Shown here: positions 20,086 to 28,406 of the stretch, one piece after another
Position numbering within the stretch: position 1 is the first letter of the stretch
Layout of the letters: every line of letters starts with the position of its first letter
Source of the DNA: a virus
DNA: 64,000 nt
Direction: 5' to 3' (one strand)
IMG/VR virus record: IMGVR_UViG_3300031227_000028
Coordinates: 18,857 to 82,856 of that record
Notes under the pieces: model-generated
Seen by the model: the letters and a program-made list of their open reading frames with translations, nothing else
Databases searched by the model: none
Told to the model about the DNA's origin: nothing
Position numbers and translations under genes: made by a program

Positions 20086-22192
20086 ATCGCAAATAGACAA
20101 AATGATTAGTAATTGTTTGGTATATGATATAGAAACAAGCGCTAGTTATCCTGATGGTAAACCAATAAACATTAAAACAGATTTTAAAAATTATATTAAA
20201 TATGCAATAGTTAAATGGGTAGGTTTTTATTCTTATAAATATAATAAATATTATGAATATAATGCTATTATACAACTTGATGAAATTGACCAAATGTTTA
20301 AAGACCATAGACATATTATTGGTATAAATAATATAGAATTTGATACTCCTATTTGTATGAATAATAATATTATAAAACAATATCAACATAAACAAATAGA
20401 TTTACAGGTTATTCTTGGAAATAATTTATTACAAGGGCATAAAAATAGAGCAACATTTATGGGTGTAAATTTAAAAAAAATTATTATTAATGATAAAGAA
20501 TATGGACCTAATACTTTAATGAGTTTAGCTTATCATTTTAATTTACCAGTATTAAAAGGAGATATAGATTATAATATATTTTTTAAAAATCATTGGGATG
20601 AAAAAGAAACTAAAAATATTATTAAATATTTACATGGTGATATAGAAGTAACTAAATTATTATTTGATAAAGTAATTAATTTCTGGACTATATTTACAGA
20701 TTGGTTATATATTGAAGATGTAGAAAAATGGGCTTGGTTAAAAAGTAGTATTGCCAGTTTAACTTATCTTGCAGCATGTAAAGTTAAAAATGTTTTACCA
20801 ACATATGGAAGTATAGGAGAAACTGAAGATATGGGTGGAAGAGCAGTAATGCCTATTAAAGATGAAATATATAATGTTCATTATTTAGATGAAGCATCTA
20901 AATATCCACATATATTTGCTCAGTTTAATTTATTTAGTGAAGTAGATATATCAAGTTATACTAATGAACAAATTGAAAAAGCAATTGCAAATAATATAAT
21001 ATGGCATGGCAATGATAAATTTAAAGTTAAAGGATATTATTATATAAAAGAACAATCTATATTAGCTAAAGATGTATTAAATAAATTAAAAACAAGAATA
21101 GCTGTTAAGAAAATACTTAAAAAAGATAAAAATGGTAAATATATTAATATTGATGAACATAATTATATGAAAATAGAAATTGACCCATTGTTAAAAGATT
21201 TTATATTTGATAAACAATTATCTGATTATATTATAAATTCATTAAATGGATTACAATATGCTATTAAAATCTTTTTAAATTCATTATATGGTGCAGTTAG
21301 AAGTGGAATATTTGAACAAATACATACTCCTAATGCTGGATATGATTGTTGTTGGATTGGTCAACAAATTCATGAAAAAGTTGAAAAAGAATTTAAAGAC
21401 CGTGGATATGACACAGTAGGTGGATTTACAGATTCCTGGTTTATAGAAAAAAAAGAAGGAGATACTAGAGAATTAATGATTAAATATTGTAAAACTATAA
21501 TGAACAAATTAAAAGAATCATTTATTTTTCCTGCAGATACACATATAATTGATTATGAATGTTTTATGGATTATTTATTATATAATAAAGATAAGAAAAA
21601 TGAATATAAAAAAAATAATTATTGTTTCATATCTAATGGTAAAGTTAAAGTTGTAGGATTTCCTATAAAAAAAAGTAATTCATCTAAACTAGGAAATATA
21701 ATACTTAATAAATATATTATTCTAGAAGGATTAAAAAGAAATAATTTAAAATTTAAAAAGAAATATTTTGATAATATAATTGCAGAAGAATTAAAAAATG
21801 ATATTACTTTATCTGCTGTTGTTTTTAAATGTAATCCATCAATAACTTATAAAAAAATAAATCAATTACAAGCACAAGTAAGTCGAGCATATTTTGATGG
21901 TTTAGGTGGAGAAATAGCTATAATTAAAAATAAAAAATTTGGTAAAGTAGGAAAAACAAATAAATATTGTACTATAAAAGAAGCAATAGAAAATAATATA
22001 CAAGTTGAAGATTTAGATTTAACTAAATTATTTAATGAACTTAATCCATTTATTAGAAAAGAAAAAGATATGGATTTATTTAGTTTTGTTGGTGGTGATG
22101 ATAATTTATTTGATGAAAAAGTTGATGAAAAAGTTGATGAAAAAGTTGATGAAAAAGTTGAAACAAAAACGGGGCTAGATAAATGGTTTTGA
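20075..22192 (+). CDS. polB: Family B DNA polymerase with 3'-5' exonuclease
   Basis: YDIET, N..FD, Y...D; DEASKYP, KIFLNSLYG, FTDS; C-terminal KTGLDKWF. Confidence 0.9.
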   Translation: MKYKSQIDKMISNCLVYDIETSASYPDGKPINIKTDFKNYIKYAIVKWVGFYSYKYNKYYEYNAIIQLDEIDQMFKDHRHIIGINNIEFDTPICMNNNIIKQYQHKQIDLQVILGNNLLQGHKNRATFMGVNLKKIIINDKEYGPNTLMSLAYHFNLPVLKGDIDYNIFFKNHWDEKETKNIIKYLHGDIEVTKLLFDKVINFWTIFTDWLYIEDVEKWAWLKSSIASLTYLAACKVKNVLPTYGSIGETEDMGGRAVMPIKDEIYNVHYLDEASKYPHIFAQFNLFSEVDISSYTNEQIEKAIANNIIWHGNDKFKVKGYYYIKEQSILAKDVLNKLKTRIAVKKILKKDKNGKYINIDEHNYMKIEIDPLLKDFIFDKQLSDYIINSLNGLQYAIKIFLNSLYGAVRSGIFEQIHTPNAGYDCCWIGQQIHEKVEKEFKDRGYDTVGGFTDSWFIEKKEGDTRELMIKYCKTIMNKLKESFIFPADTHIIDYECFMDYLLYNKDKKNEYKKNNYCFISNGKVKVVGFPIKKSNSSKLGNIILNKYIILEGLKRNNLKFKKKYFDNIIAEELKNDITLSAVVFKCNPSITYKKINQLQAQVSRAYFDGLGGEIAIIKNKKFGKVGKTNKYCTIKEAIENNIQVEDLDLTKLFNELNPFIRKEKDMDLFSFVGGDDNLFDEKVDEKVDEKVDEKVETKTGLDKWF
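22112..22159 (+). repeat. 12-bp tandem repeat x4 (DEKV linker before PolB PIP motif)
   Basis: GATGAAAAAGTT x4. Confidence 0.95.
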
Positions 22193-22323
22193 ATTATTGT
22201 AGAAGATGTGGAAGAAAACTTAATAGCGATAAAGATTATGGGCCAGTATGTTTAAAAAAAGTTATATTTGAAAGAAGTTTAAATAAAGATTTACTTGTTG
22301 ATTTTGAGGTTGAAGATGTTTGA
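22183..22323 (+). CDS. Small Zn-finger protein (46 aa, DUF6011-like; not in ORF track)
   Basis: CRRCGRKL...YGPVC. Confidence 0.6.
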   Translation: MVLNYCRRCGRKLNSDKDYGPVCLKKVIFERSLNKDLLVDFEVEDV

Positions 22324-22822
22324 AGATTTAGAAGAACCAAAAATAAAAGCTATTAAGAAAAAACGTAAGAAACAAATATTAGAAGGATTATTTTCTCAAT
22401 CTATAAAAAAATATCCTAATTTATTAGGACATAAATTACATAATAACCCTTTAGCCCATCAAACTACTCATGCTGATTTTGAAGTATTAAATAAAAATGG
22501 TAATATTTATTTTGTTGAAGCAAAAGAATCTAAATTAAATGATAAAGGATATGGTTCATTTGCATTTAAAAGATTAACTCAAAGAAATTCTTTAATTTTT
22601 TATTCTAATTTTTCTAATTATACTTTTAGTTTTATACTGTTATTCTTTCGTTCTAACACTATGGAAAAATCAAGGTGTTTTGCTATACCTATAGAAAAAT
22701 GGTGCGAATTTGAGCAAGTAATAGGCAAGAAATCAGCTAATATACACGATATAAATGAAAATTTTGCTGATTATATATTAGAATACAGTAATAAACAGTT
22801 TAATCTAATGTTCTTATGTTAA
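22316..22822 (+). CDS. PD-(D/E)xK nuclease, Holliday junction resolvase-like (Hjc/RecU)
   Basis: E...HADF...FVEAKES; GAGGT SD before ATG 22316. Confidence 0.7.
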   Translation: MFEDLEEPKIKAIKKKRKKQILEGLFSQSIKKYPNLLGHKLHNNPLAHQTTHADFEVLNKNGNIYFVEAKESKLNDKGYGSFAFKRLTQRNSLIFYSNFSNYTFSFILLFFRSNTMEKSRCFAIPIEKWCEFEQVIGKKSANIHDINENFADYILEYSNKQFNLMFLC

Positions 22823-22825
22823 TAT

Positions 22826-22918
22826 TCTATTATATGCTCTATTATCTAAACCTTTATATATGAATACTGGTTTATTATAATTATAATTATAATTATTAAA
22901 ATGATTGGAGATATAAAA
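22826..22918 (+). promoter_or_regulatory. Repeated promoter/leader cassette
   Basis: CTAAACCTTTATATATG.ATACTG.TTTATT(ATAATT)n...TGATTGGAGAT; near-identical to 31021-31106. Confidence 0.75.
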
Positions 22919-23128
22919 ATGGATGAAAAAAAAATTATTGAAGGAATTAAATTTGAATTAAATTTAAAAAATAATGAATTTGAAGCACGTTATGTTGGAA
23001 CAATTACAAGATATAATATAACAGAAAAAAATAATTTTAATTCTTTTATAGATGAACATTTAATTCTTGAAGCATCAAAAAATATGGCTAAAAAATTATA
23101 TATAAAATTATATAAAAAGGTAGAATAA
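22919..23128 (+). CDS. Hypothetical protein
   Basis: Start after cassette SD. Confidence 0.6.
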   Translation: MDEKKIIEGIKFELNLKNNEFEARYVGTITRYNITEKNNFNSFIDEHLILEASKNMAKKLYIKLYKKVE

Positions 23129-23129
23129 A

Positions 23130-23453
23130 ATGAATAAAAAAACAGCAATTGCACAAGATTTAATTTTTTCAGGAGTATATAATACATTTGCAGAAGATAC
23201 TAAAGCTAAAAAAAAAGATTTTAAAGGTTATAGAAATGTTATGGTTAATCATGAAAGTGGTTATAGTTTATATGTTGAAAAACAATATTTTATTGACCAA
23301 GAAATTAAAGATTTAAAAAATAGAGTAAGTAGATATGAACAAAGAGCAATTGATTTAGTTAATAAATATGAAACAGATAGAAAAATTATGTTAGAAAAAA
23401 ATCAAAATGATAAAAATAGAATATTAGAATTACAATCAGGAGATAAAAAATGA
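23130..23453 (+). CDS. Hypothetical coiled-coil protein
   Basis: Packed ORF. Confidence 0.6.
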   Translation: MNKKTAIAQDLIFSGVYNTFAEDTKAKKKDFKGYRNVMVNHESGYSLYVEKQYFIDQEIKDLKNRVSRYEQRAIDLVNKYETDRKIMLEKNQNDKNRILELQSGDKK

Positions 23454-23692
23454 GTGAAAAAAAAATTTCGAAAATAATAGATATTGATAATCAAATAATG
23501 AATAAATATGATTTATGTTCAGGTGTAGATATGCTTAAACATAAAGATGAATTTATTAAAGCATTAAAAAATGCTAATATAGAAAATATTACACAAAAAG
23601 ATTATAATAAATTAGAAGATATGAATTATCATACACCTTTAGAAATAATTATTGAAGCAGGAATGTTTAAACAAAATAATCAGGTAAATTAA
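23450..23692 (+). CDS. Hypothetical protein
   Basis: GGAG SD; ATGA overlap. Confidence 0.6.
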   Translation: MSEKKISKIIDIDNQIMNKYDLCSGVDMLKHKDEFIKALKNANIENITQKDYNKLEDMNYHTPLEIIIEAGMFKQNNQVN

Positions 23693-23693
23693 A

Positions 23694-24641
23694 ATGAATG
23701 GAAAAAAATATAAACCATATTTAATAACAAACGATACTCCAAATTTAGATATATTAGATTATTCTTTATATTATAAATCTAAAAAGAGAGATGGTATTAG
23801 AGTAAATTTTAATAAAGGAGAAATGCTTTCAAGGTCTCTTAAACAAATTCAAAATAAACAATTACAAGAACAATTTCAAAATTTAAAAGATTTCTCAAAA
23901 AAATATAATGCAATTATTGATGCTGAATTATATAGTCATAGTTCAACGTTTCAACATATAACTTCATTAGTAATGACTCAAAATTATAATGATAAAAATT
24001 CTATTAAAAAACATGGAAAAGTTTTAGAAATTCCAATTGATTTTAAAGCATATATTTTTGATATAATTTTTGATGATAATTATGAAGAAAAATTTGAAAA
24101 TAGATATTTAAATATGTTAAATTTATCAGAAATTGAAAATCAAAATAATTTTAAAGTTGTTAAACAATTAGGATGTTTAGATAAAAAAGATGTTATAACA
24201 TTTTATGAAGATAATTTAAAAAATGATTATGAAGGTGTAGTTTTAAAAAGAAAAGATATGCCATATAAATGTGGAAGAAGTACTTTAAAGACTGGTGATG
24301 CATTAAAATTAAAACCATATAAAAGATTTGATGCAATAATAAAAGGAGTTACTGAAAGAATGGAAAATACTTCTGAATCGTTTAAAAATGAATTAGGTAA
24401 TTCTACTAAATCTAGAAAAAACGAAGATATGATTCCAACTGGAATTGCAGCTGCATTTATAGTTGATTATGAAGGAAAAGAAATGAAAGTATCTTTAACT
24501 GGAGATATGGCTTATAGAAAAAATATCTTTGAAAATAAAGAAGATATGATAGGTAAATGGATAGAATTTGAAGGAATGGAAGTTGGTTCTAAAAATGTTC
24601 CAAGACATCCATCATTTATTAGATTTAGAGATGCAAAATAA
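23694..24641 (+). CDS. lig: Minimal ATP-dependent DNA ligase
   Basis: KRDGIR (motif I), DAELY, FDI, EGVVLK, LKLKP, PRHPSF. Confidence 0.9.
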   Translation: MNGKKYKPYLITNDTPNLDILDYSLYYKSKKRDGIRVNFNKGEMLSRSLKQIQNKQLQEQFQNLKDFSKKYNAIIDAELYSHSSTFQHITSLVMTQNYNDKNSIKKHGKVLEIPIDFKAYIFDIIFDDNYEEKFENRYLNMLNLSEIENQNNFKVVKQLGCLDKKDVITFYEDNLKNDYEGVVLKRKDMPYKCGRSTLKTGDALKLKPYKRFDAIIKGVTERMENTSESFKNELGNSTKSRKNEDMIPTGIAAAFIVDYEGKEMKVSLTGDMAYRKNIFENKEDMIGKWIEFEGMEVGSKNVPRHPSFIRFRDAK

Positions 24642-24721
24642 TAATATAAATAATAATAGTATATATAAATAGTAATGTAATTATTATAATTATAATAATT
24701 ATTTAATAGGAGGTAGTAACA

Positions 24722-24868
24722 ATGGTGCAATCATTAGTAACTTTTACTGAGGAAGATAGTAACTTTATTGACGAATATAAAAAAGAAAAAGATATTTCAT
24801 CAAAACAAGACGCTATAATTGATATGGTAAAAAGAATTAAAAAAATCGAAGAAGAAAACAAACAATAA
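24722..24868 (+). CDS. Small RHH-like protein (48 aa, not in ORF track)
   Basis: MVQSLVTFTEEDSNFIDEYKKEKDISSKQDAII...; GGAGGT SD and TATA box. Confidence 0.65.
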   Translation: MVQSLVTFTEEDSNFIDEYKKEKDISSKQDAIIDMVKRIKKIEEENKQ

Positions 24869-24876
24869 ATAACACT

Positions 24877-25191
24877 ATGGAGGGTGTAAAAATGACTATA
24901 ATTATTGAAGAAGAAGAAGGAATTGATGCAAAAATATTTCAAGGTAATGCATTTAAATTTAAAATTAAACAAGATAAAATTGATGATTTTAAAGGAAACT
25001 ATGATGTATTTGCTGATGAAAAATGGAATAAATATAAAATAAAAATAGCAGATTTAATTCAAAAAAGAATGACAAAATTTGTTAAAGAAATTGTTGCTGG
25101 GGGAACTTGGGAAGAAGATTTTAAATCTATTTTTAGCGGGCTAATTGATTTAATTGAAGGAACACAAGGAGAAGCTAAAGTTTTTGAATAA
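24877..25191 (+). CDS. Hypothetical protein
   Basis: True start probably the second Met, after GGAGG. Confidence 0.6.
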   Translation: MEGVKMTIIIEEEEGIDAKIFQGNAFKFKIKQDKIDDFKGNYDVFADEKWNKYKIKIADLIQKRMTKFVKEIVAGGTWEEDFKSIFSGLIDLIEGTQGEAKVFE

Positions 25192-25381
25192 AATGGAAAC
25201 AGCAAAATCATATAAAAAGTTACTTGAGCCTATACAATATAGTGATGATAGAAAAAAAGCAATGATAGAACTTGGTTATGATATTGATGAATTGCAAAAA
25301 GAATTTAAATTAAAATACGGTGAACAAGAAAAAAATTTAGATTCATTAAACATGCTTAATTCTATTTTAAATAAAGATTAA
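25154..25381 (+). CDS. Hypothetical protein
   Basis: Likely starts at METAK. Confidence 0.5.
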   Translation: MKEHKEKLKFLNKMETAKSYKKLLEPIQYSDDRKKAMIELGYDIDELQKEFKLKYGEQEKNLDSLNMLNSILNKD

Positions 25382-25397
25382 GGTATAATACCTTAAT
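25377..25397. promoter_or_regulatory. Dyad operator-like site, copy 3 (perfect)
   Basis: ATTAAGGTA-TAA-TACCTTAAT ~75 bp upstream of TATA. Confidence 0.6.
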
Positions 25398-25516
25398 TAT
25401 TTTTTATTTTCTATTTCTTTATAAATAATTAACGCTCAAAAACAATACATTTATATATTAGTACTGGTTTATTATAATTATAATTATAATTAAATGATTG
25501 ATTGGAGATGAACGAA

Positions 25517-25693
25517 ATGGATGAAGAAAAAAATTATGAAAGGTCAAAAGATAACAAACGGTATAAATATTCAGAAACTGATAAAGATAACACAAGTTAT
25601 TATTATCAAGCAACTTCATCAAAAAATAATGAAGATGGAAAATATACAGGACATTATAATTCATGTAGTAAAGAAGATTATTATGAATTATAA
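25517..25693 (+). CDS. Small hypothetical protein
   Basis: Follows cassette SD TTGGAGAT. Confidence 0.5.
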   Translation: MDEEKNYERSKDNKRYKYSETDKDNTSYYYQATSSKNNEDGKYTGHYNSCSKEDYYEL

Positions 25694-25727
25694 ATAATTA
25701 TAACTAATGATTTGGAGATGAAAAAAA

Positions 25728-26090
25728 ATGGATGAAATTATGAAATCAAAATTAGAAATTTTAATTAAACAAATTAAAAATAAACAAATATCTATTGTTT
25801 ATAAAAAAAACGATATTAAAAATATTAAAGAAATAATTGAAGCAGAAAGTTTAAATTTAAAAGTTATTATACAAAGTGAATTAGATGAAAAAAATAAAAA
25901 GAAATTTTCAAATGAAGATTCTAGAAGATTAGAATTTATTCAAAGAAGTATTAAAGATATAAGTTTATGTAAAAAAAATCATAGAACATTTGAAATGGAA
26001 ACTAATTGTAGAGCAATGGAAATTGATTTAGAATATGATAAAAACGAATTAAGAATGTATGAAATTTTATCAAGGTTAGGTGTAATATAA
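25728..26090 (+). CDS. Hypothetical protein
   Basis: TTGGAGAT SD. Confidence 0.65.
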   Translation: MDEIMKSKLEILIKQIKNKQISIVYKKNDIKNIKEIIEAESLNLKVIIQSELDEKNKKKFSNEDSRRLEFIQRSIKDISLCKKNHRTFEMETNCRAMEIDLEYDKNELRMYEILSRLGVI

Positions 26091-26092
26091 TA

Positions 26093-26455
26093 ATGGTTGA
26101 TAAAAAATTAATGAATAAAAAACTTAAAGATTTAACTATAAAAGAAGTTGAAGAATATTTAAAAAATAAAGAAAATTATAATTTTGATGTATCATATAAA
26201 AATATAACAGACGATTGTAAATTTACACCTTTTTGTAGCGGTGGTTCAAATGACCCTAAATATGGTTGTAATAAAATATATTATGATTTAGCAATTCATT
26301 ATAAAAAAAGACTTATTTTTAGATTAGATATTAATAGTTTTAAAAATAAATCAACATATCCTAAAGATAATGTTCTTATATCAGAAGGAATAGAATATCA
26401 ATTTCATTGGTTAGATAATGGAAAATTTATGATAGTTAAAAAATATTCAAAATAG
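26093..26455 (+). CDS. Hypothetical protein
   Basis: GGTG SD. Confidence 0.6.
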   Translation: MVDKKLMNKKLKDLTIKEVEEYLKNKENYNFDVSYKNITDDCKFTPFCSGGSNDPKYGCNKIYYDLAIHYKKRLIFRLDINSFKNKSTYPKDNVLISEGIEYQFHWLDNGKFMIVKKYSK

Positions 26456-26468
26456 AGGTTAAATAATA

Positions 26469-26594
26469 ATGGTAGACATAGTAATTTATCACAAAAGTGA
26501 TTTAGACAGGATTGGTTCAGCAGCAGCAGGATTTGACATGTCAATACCAGACTTTTATCTTAATTTTTTAATAAGGAATATAGTAGAGGAGTAA
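26469..26594 (+). pseudogene. Internally deleted DHH/DHHA1 phosphoesterase remnant (41 aa)
   Basis: IVIYHKSDLDRIGSAA (motif I, DxDG altered) fused directly to AAGF (DHHA1 C-terminal motif). Confidence 0.55.
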
Positions 26595-26596
26595 AA

Positions 26597-26893
26597 ATGG
26601 AAGCAGAAAAAATATCAATGAAAAATTTGTTATACAAAATAACAGATTTAAAAACTCTTGACGGAGTAGATTCAGTAGGAAGTTATCTTTATAATGGATA
26701 CCATGTACAAATTAGTGAACATAATTTAACATGTGCAGAACGAGTTGGTAGATTATATTATAGAAGAAGAAATAATGGTTTATGTGTTAATTGTGGAAAA
26801 AAAGTTACTAGAATGAATCCTAAAACAGGAAAATTATACAGACTTTGTGAAAAGCATAGAAAACAAATTGATTTAAAAAAGAGAGTAAGATGA
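26597..26893 (+). CDS. Zn-finger protein
   Basis: CVNCG...LCEKH; GAGGAG SD. Confidence 0.65.
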   Translation: MEAEKISMKNLLYKITDLKTLDGVDSVGSYLYNGYHVQISEHNLTCAERVGRLYYRRRNNGLCVNCGKKVTRMNPKTGKLYRLCEKHRKQIDLKKRVR

Positions 26894-27354
26894 AAACTAT
26901 AGAAGAATTACAAAAACGTTTAGAAGGTGCCTTTAAACATAGTAATTTTTTTGATTCTTTACATGAAGTTAATGAAGTAAAAAAAGTTATTGGTGCAAAG
27001 GAATTAACTAAATTTTTAAAAAAGAAAATTAATATTATAAAAAAAGAAAAAAGAGAATATAATTTAAAAGTCAAAAATATTAGAATTAAATATGGTTCAT
27101 TTAACGAATATATATATGAAGAAGCTTTACAATATATAACTCATAGTTATAAAGTAGGAGAAATTGTTGTTGTTGAATATTGTGATTCATATAAAGCCCT
27201 TAAAATACATAAAATAACAAAAAAAGGTTATGATTTATGGGATGGAAATAAATTGGCCACAATAATGAAAATACCAGAATCTAGTATATTAGGTTATGGA
27301 CATAATTTAAATAAAATAATTAAAGAAAATGACAAAAAGAAGGTCAAAAATTAA
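26890..27354 (+). CDS. Hypothetical protein
   Basis: ATGA overlap; 154 aa. Confidence 0.6.
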   Translation: MKTIEELQKRLEGAFKHSNFFDSLHEVNEVKKVIGAKELTKFLKKKINIIKKEKREYNLKVKNIRIKYGSFNEYIYEEALQYITHSYKVGEIVVVEYCDSYKALKIHKITKKGYDLWDGNKLATIMKIPESSILGYGHNLNKIIKENDKKKVKN

Positions 27355-27448
27355 TTCAACTTTTTTTCTTGATATAATTGGTGAAGATAAAGTTGATAAA
27401 AAGAAATATAAAAAAACAGATAAATATAAACCCAACGATTATTTTATG

Positions 27449-27485
27449 TAAATAATATTATTTAATACAAACATTTATATATTAG
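27449..27485 (+). promoter_or_regulatory. tRNA operon A promoter (16-bp palindrome + TATA)
   Basis: TAAATAATATTATTTAATACAAACATTTATATATTAG, identical to 29030-29066. Confidence 0.85.
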
Positions 27486-27498
27486 TTGTTATATTATT

Positions 27499-27567
27499 AT
27501 GAATATGTATAAGACAACAAGTTTAACCAATATGTGTATGAGTAATTTATTACTTGCGTCATTTTAG
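27499..27567 (+). CDS. Putative leader peptide A, MNMYKTTSLTNMCMSNLLLASF
   Basis: Starts near the predicted TSS; 19/22 residues are M/N/L/S/A/T/C, the amino acids of operon A tRNAs. Confidence 0.65.
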   Translation: MNMYKTTSLTNMCMSNLLLASF

Positions 27568-27618
27568 TTATAACTATGTTGTTAAGCTTATTCTTTTTAT
27601 TTATCTGTTTAACAACAG
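27509..27618 (+). promoter_or_regulatory. Attenuator-like alternative hairpins, operon A
   Basis: ATAAG/CTTAT, ACAACA/TGTTGT, GAGTAA/TTACTT stem followed by U-tract; rival pairing TGTTGTTAA(27577)/TTAACAACA(27609). Confidence 0.6.
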
Positions 27619-27640
27619 GTTGAAATATATTAAAATTTAT

Positions 27641-27716
27641 AGAAGTGTAGGCTAGTCAGGTCAAAGTCACGCGGCTCATGACCGTGAGAACGTTGGTTCA
27701 AATCCGACCACTTCTA
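27641..27716 (+). tRNA. tRNA-Met(CAT), A1:U72, initiator-like
   Basis: Cloverleaf; CGCGG-CT CAT GA-CCGTG; no encoded CCA. Confidence 0.9.
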
Positions 27717-27736
27717 TTTTGTTTAAATGTACATTT

Positions 27737-27821
27737 AAATAAACGTGATAAAAATAATTACCTACCGTTTAGAAACGAAAGGAGGAGTGATTCCCTCGTT
27801 GCAAGGAATTATTGTTTATTT
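27737..27821 (+). ncRNA. Candidate multi-stem RNA between tRNA-Met and tRNA-Asn
   Basis: AAATAAAC/GTTTATTT, AATAATT/AATTATT, CCT/AGG enclosing CGTTT/AAACG and GAGG/CCTC hairpins. Confidence 0.35.
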
Positions 27822-27826
27822 TTATT

Positions 27827-27897
27827 GCCGATGTAGTATAATGGTATTATACCTGGCTGTTGACCAGATGATAGGGGTTCAATTCCCTTCGTCGGCG
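27827..27897 (+). tRNA. tRNA-Asn(GTT)
   Basis: GCCGATG/CGTCGGC; CT GTT GA loop. Confidence 0.92.
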
Positions 27898-27903
27898 TTT
27901 TAT

Positions 27904-28024
27904 ACGTGTGTGGCTGATTGGTAAAAGCGCTGGACTTAGAATGAAAATTCGTCTACAAGATGTTTTTACATAAGTTATCCAGTTTCCTAAGTGGATGTTG
28001 TGTGTTCAATTCATACCACACGTA
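27904..28024 (+). tRNA. tRNA-Leu(TAG) with 36-nt BHB intron (27941-27976)
   Basis: ACGTGTG/CACACGT; long variable arm; intron at 37/38 with CTTA/TAAG helix and GAA/TTA bulges. Confidence 0.9.
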
Positions 28025-28031
28025 TTTTTAT

Positions 28032-28115
28032 GCTACGATGGCTCAATATGGCACAGCAACAGATTGCTAATCTGTGAGACAATAACTCTTTTCGGTTCAA
28101 ATCCGAATCGTAGCG
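28032..28115 (+). tRNA. tRNA-Ser(GCT)
   Basis: GCTACGA/TCGTAGC; long variable arm; G73. Confidence 0.92.
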
Positions 28116-28116
28116 T

Positions 28117-28204
28117 TGAAGGAGAAGCTAAAAATGGTCTTATTGGAAGCAAGAGGCAATGCTTGACGAAGAGAAACTTATAACTGTAGCGGGTTATACA
28201 TTCA
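28117..28204 (+). ncRNA. Candidate structured RNA between the two tRNA-Ser genes
   Basis: TGAA/TTCA closing; TCTT/AAGA + AAGCA/TGCTT arm; TATAAC/GTTATA arm. Confidence 0.3.
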
Positions 28205-28213
28205 TTATTTTTT

Positions 28214-28294
28214 GCTAACAAAGCGAATGGTAAGCGTGCCGTCTTGAAAACGGTTGGTCCTTGCGGCTCGTCAGTTCGAATCTGGCTGTTAGCG
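28214..28294 (+). tRNA. tRNA-Ser(TGA)
   Basis: GCTAACA/TGTTAGC; CT TGA AA; long variable arm; A at position 8. Confidence 0.88.
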
Positions 28295-28323
28295 TTATTA
28301 AAATAAAAAAAATATAAATTATT

Positions 28324-28397
28324 GGGCGAATAGTTAAATCTGGTATAACGTCCCGCTTGCAACGGGGAGGCTTCGGGTTCAAATCCCGATTTGTCCA
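28324..28397 (+). tRNA. tRNA-Ala(TGC)
   Basis: G3:U70 identity pair; CT TGC AA. Confidence 0.93.
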
Positions 28398-28406
28398 TAT
28401 ATTAAA

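Noticed and set aside
27904-28294. tRNAs with TAG and TGA anticodon text as stop suppressors or a sign of recoding
   Set aside because: These anticodons read CUA (Leu) and UCA (Ser); TAA, TAG and TGA all end genes normally here
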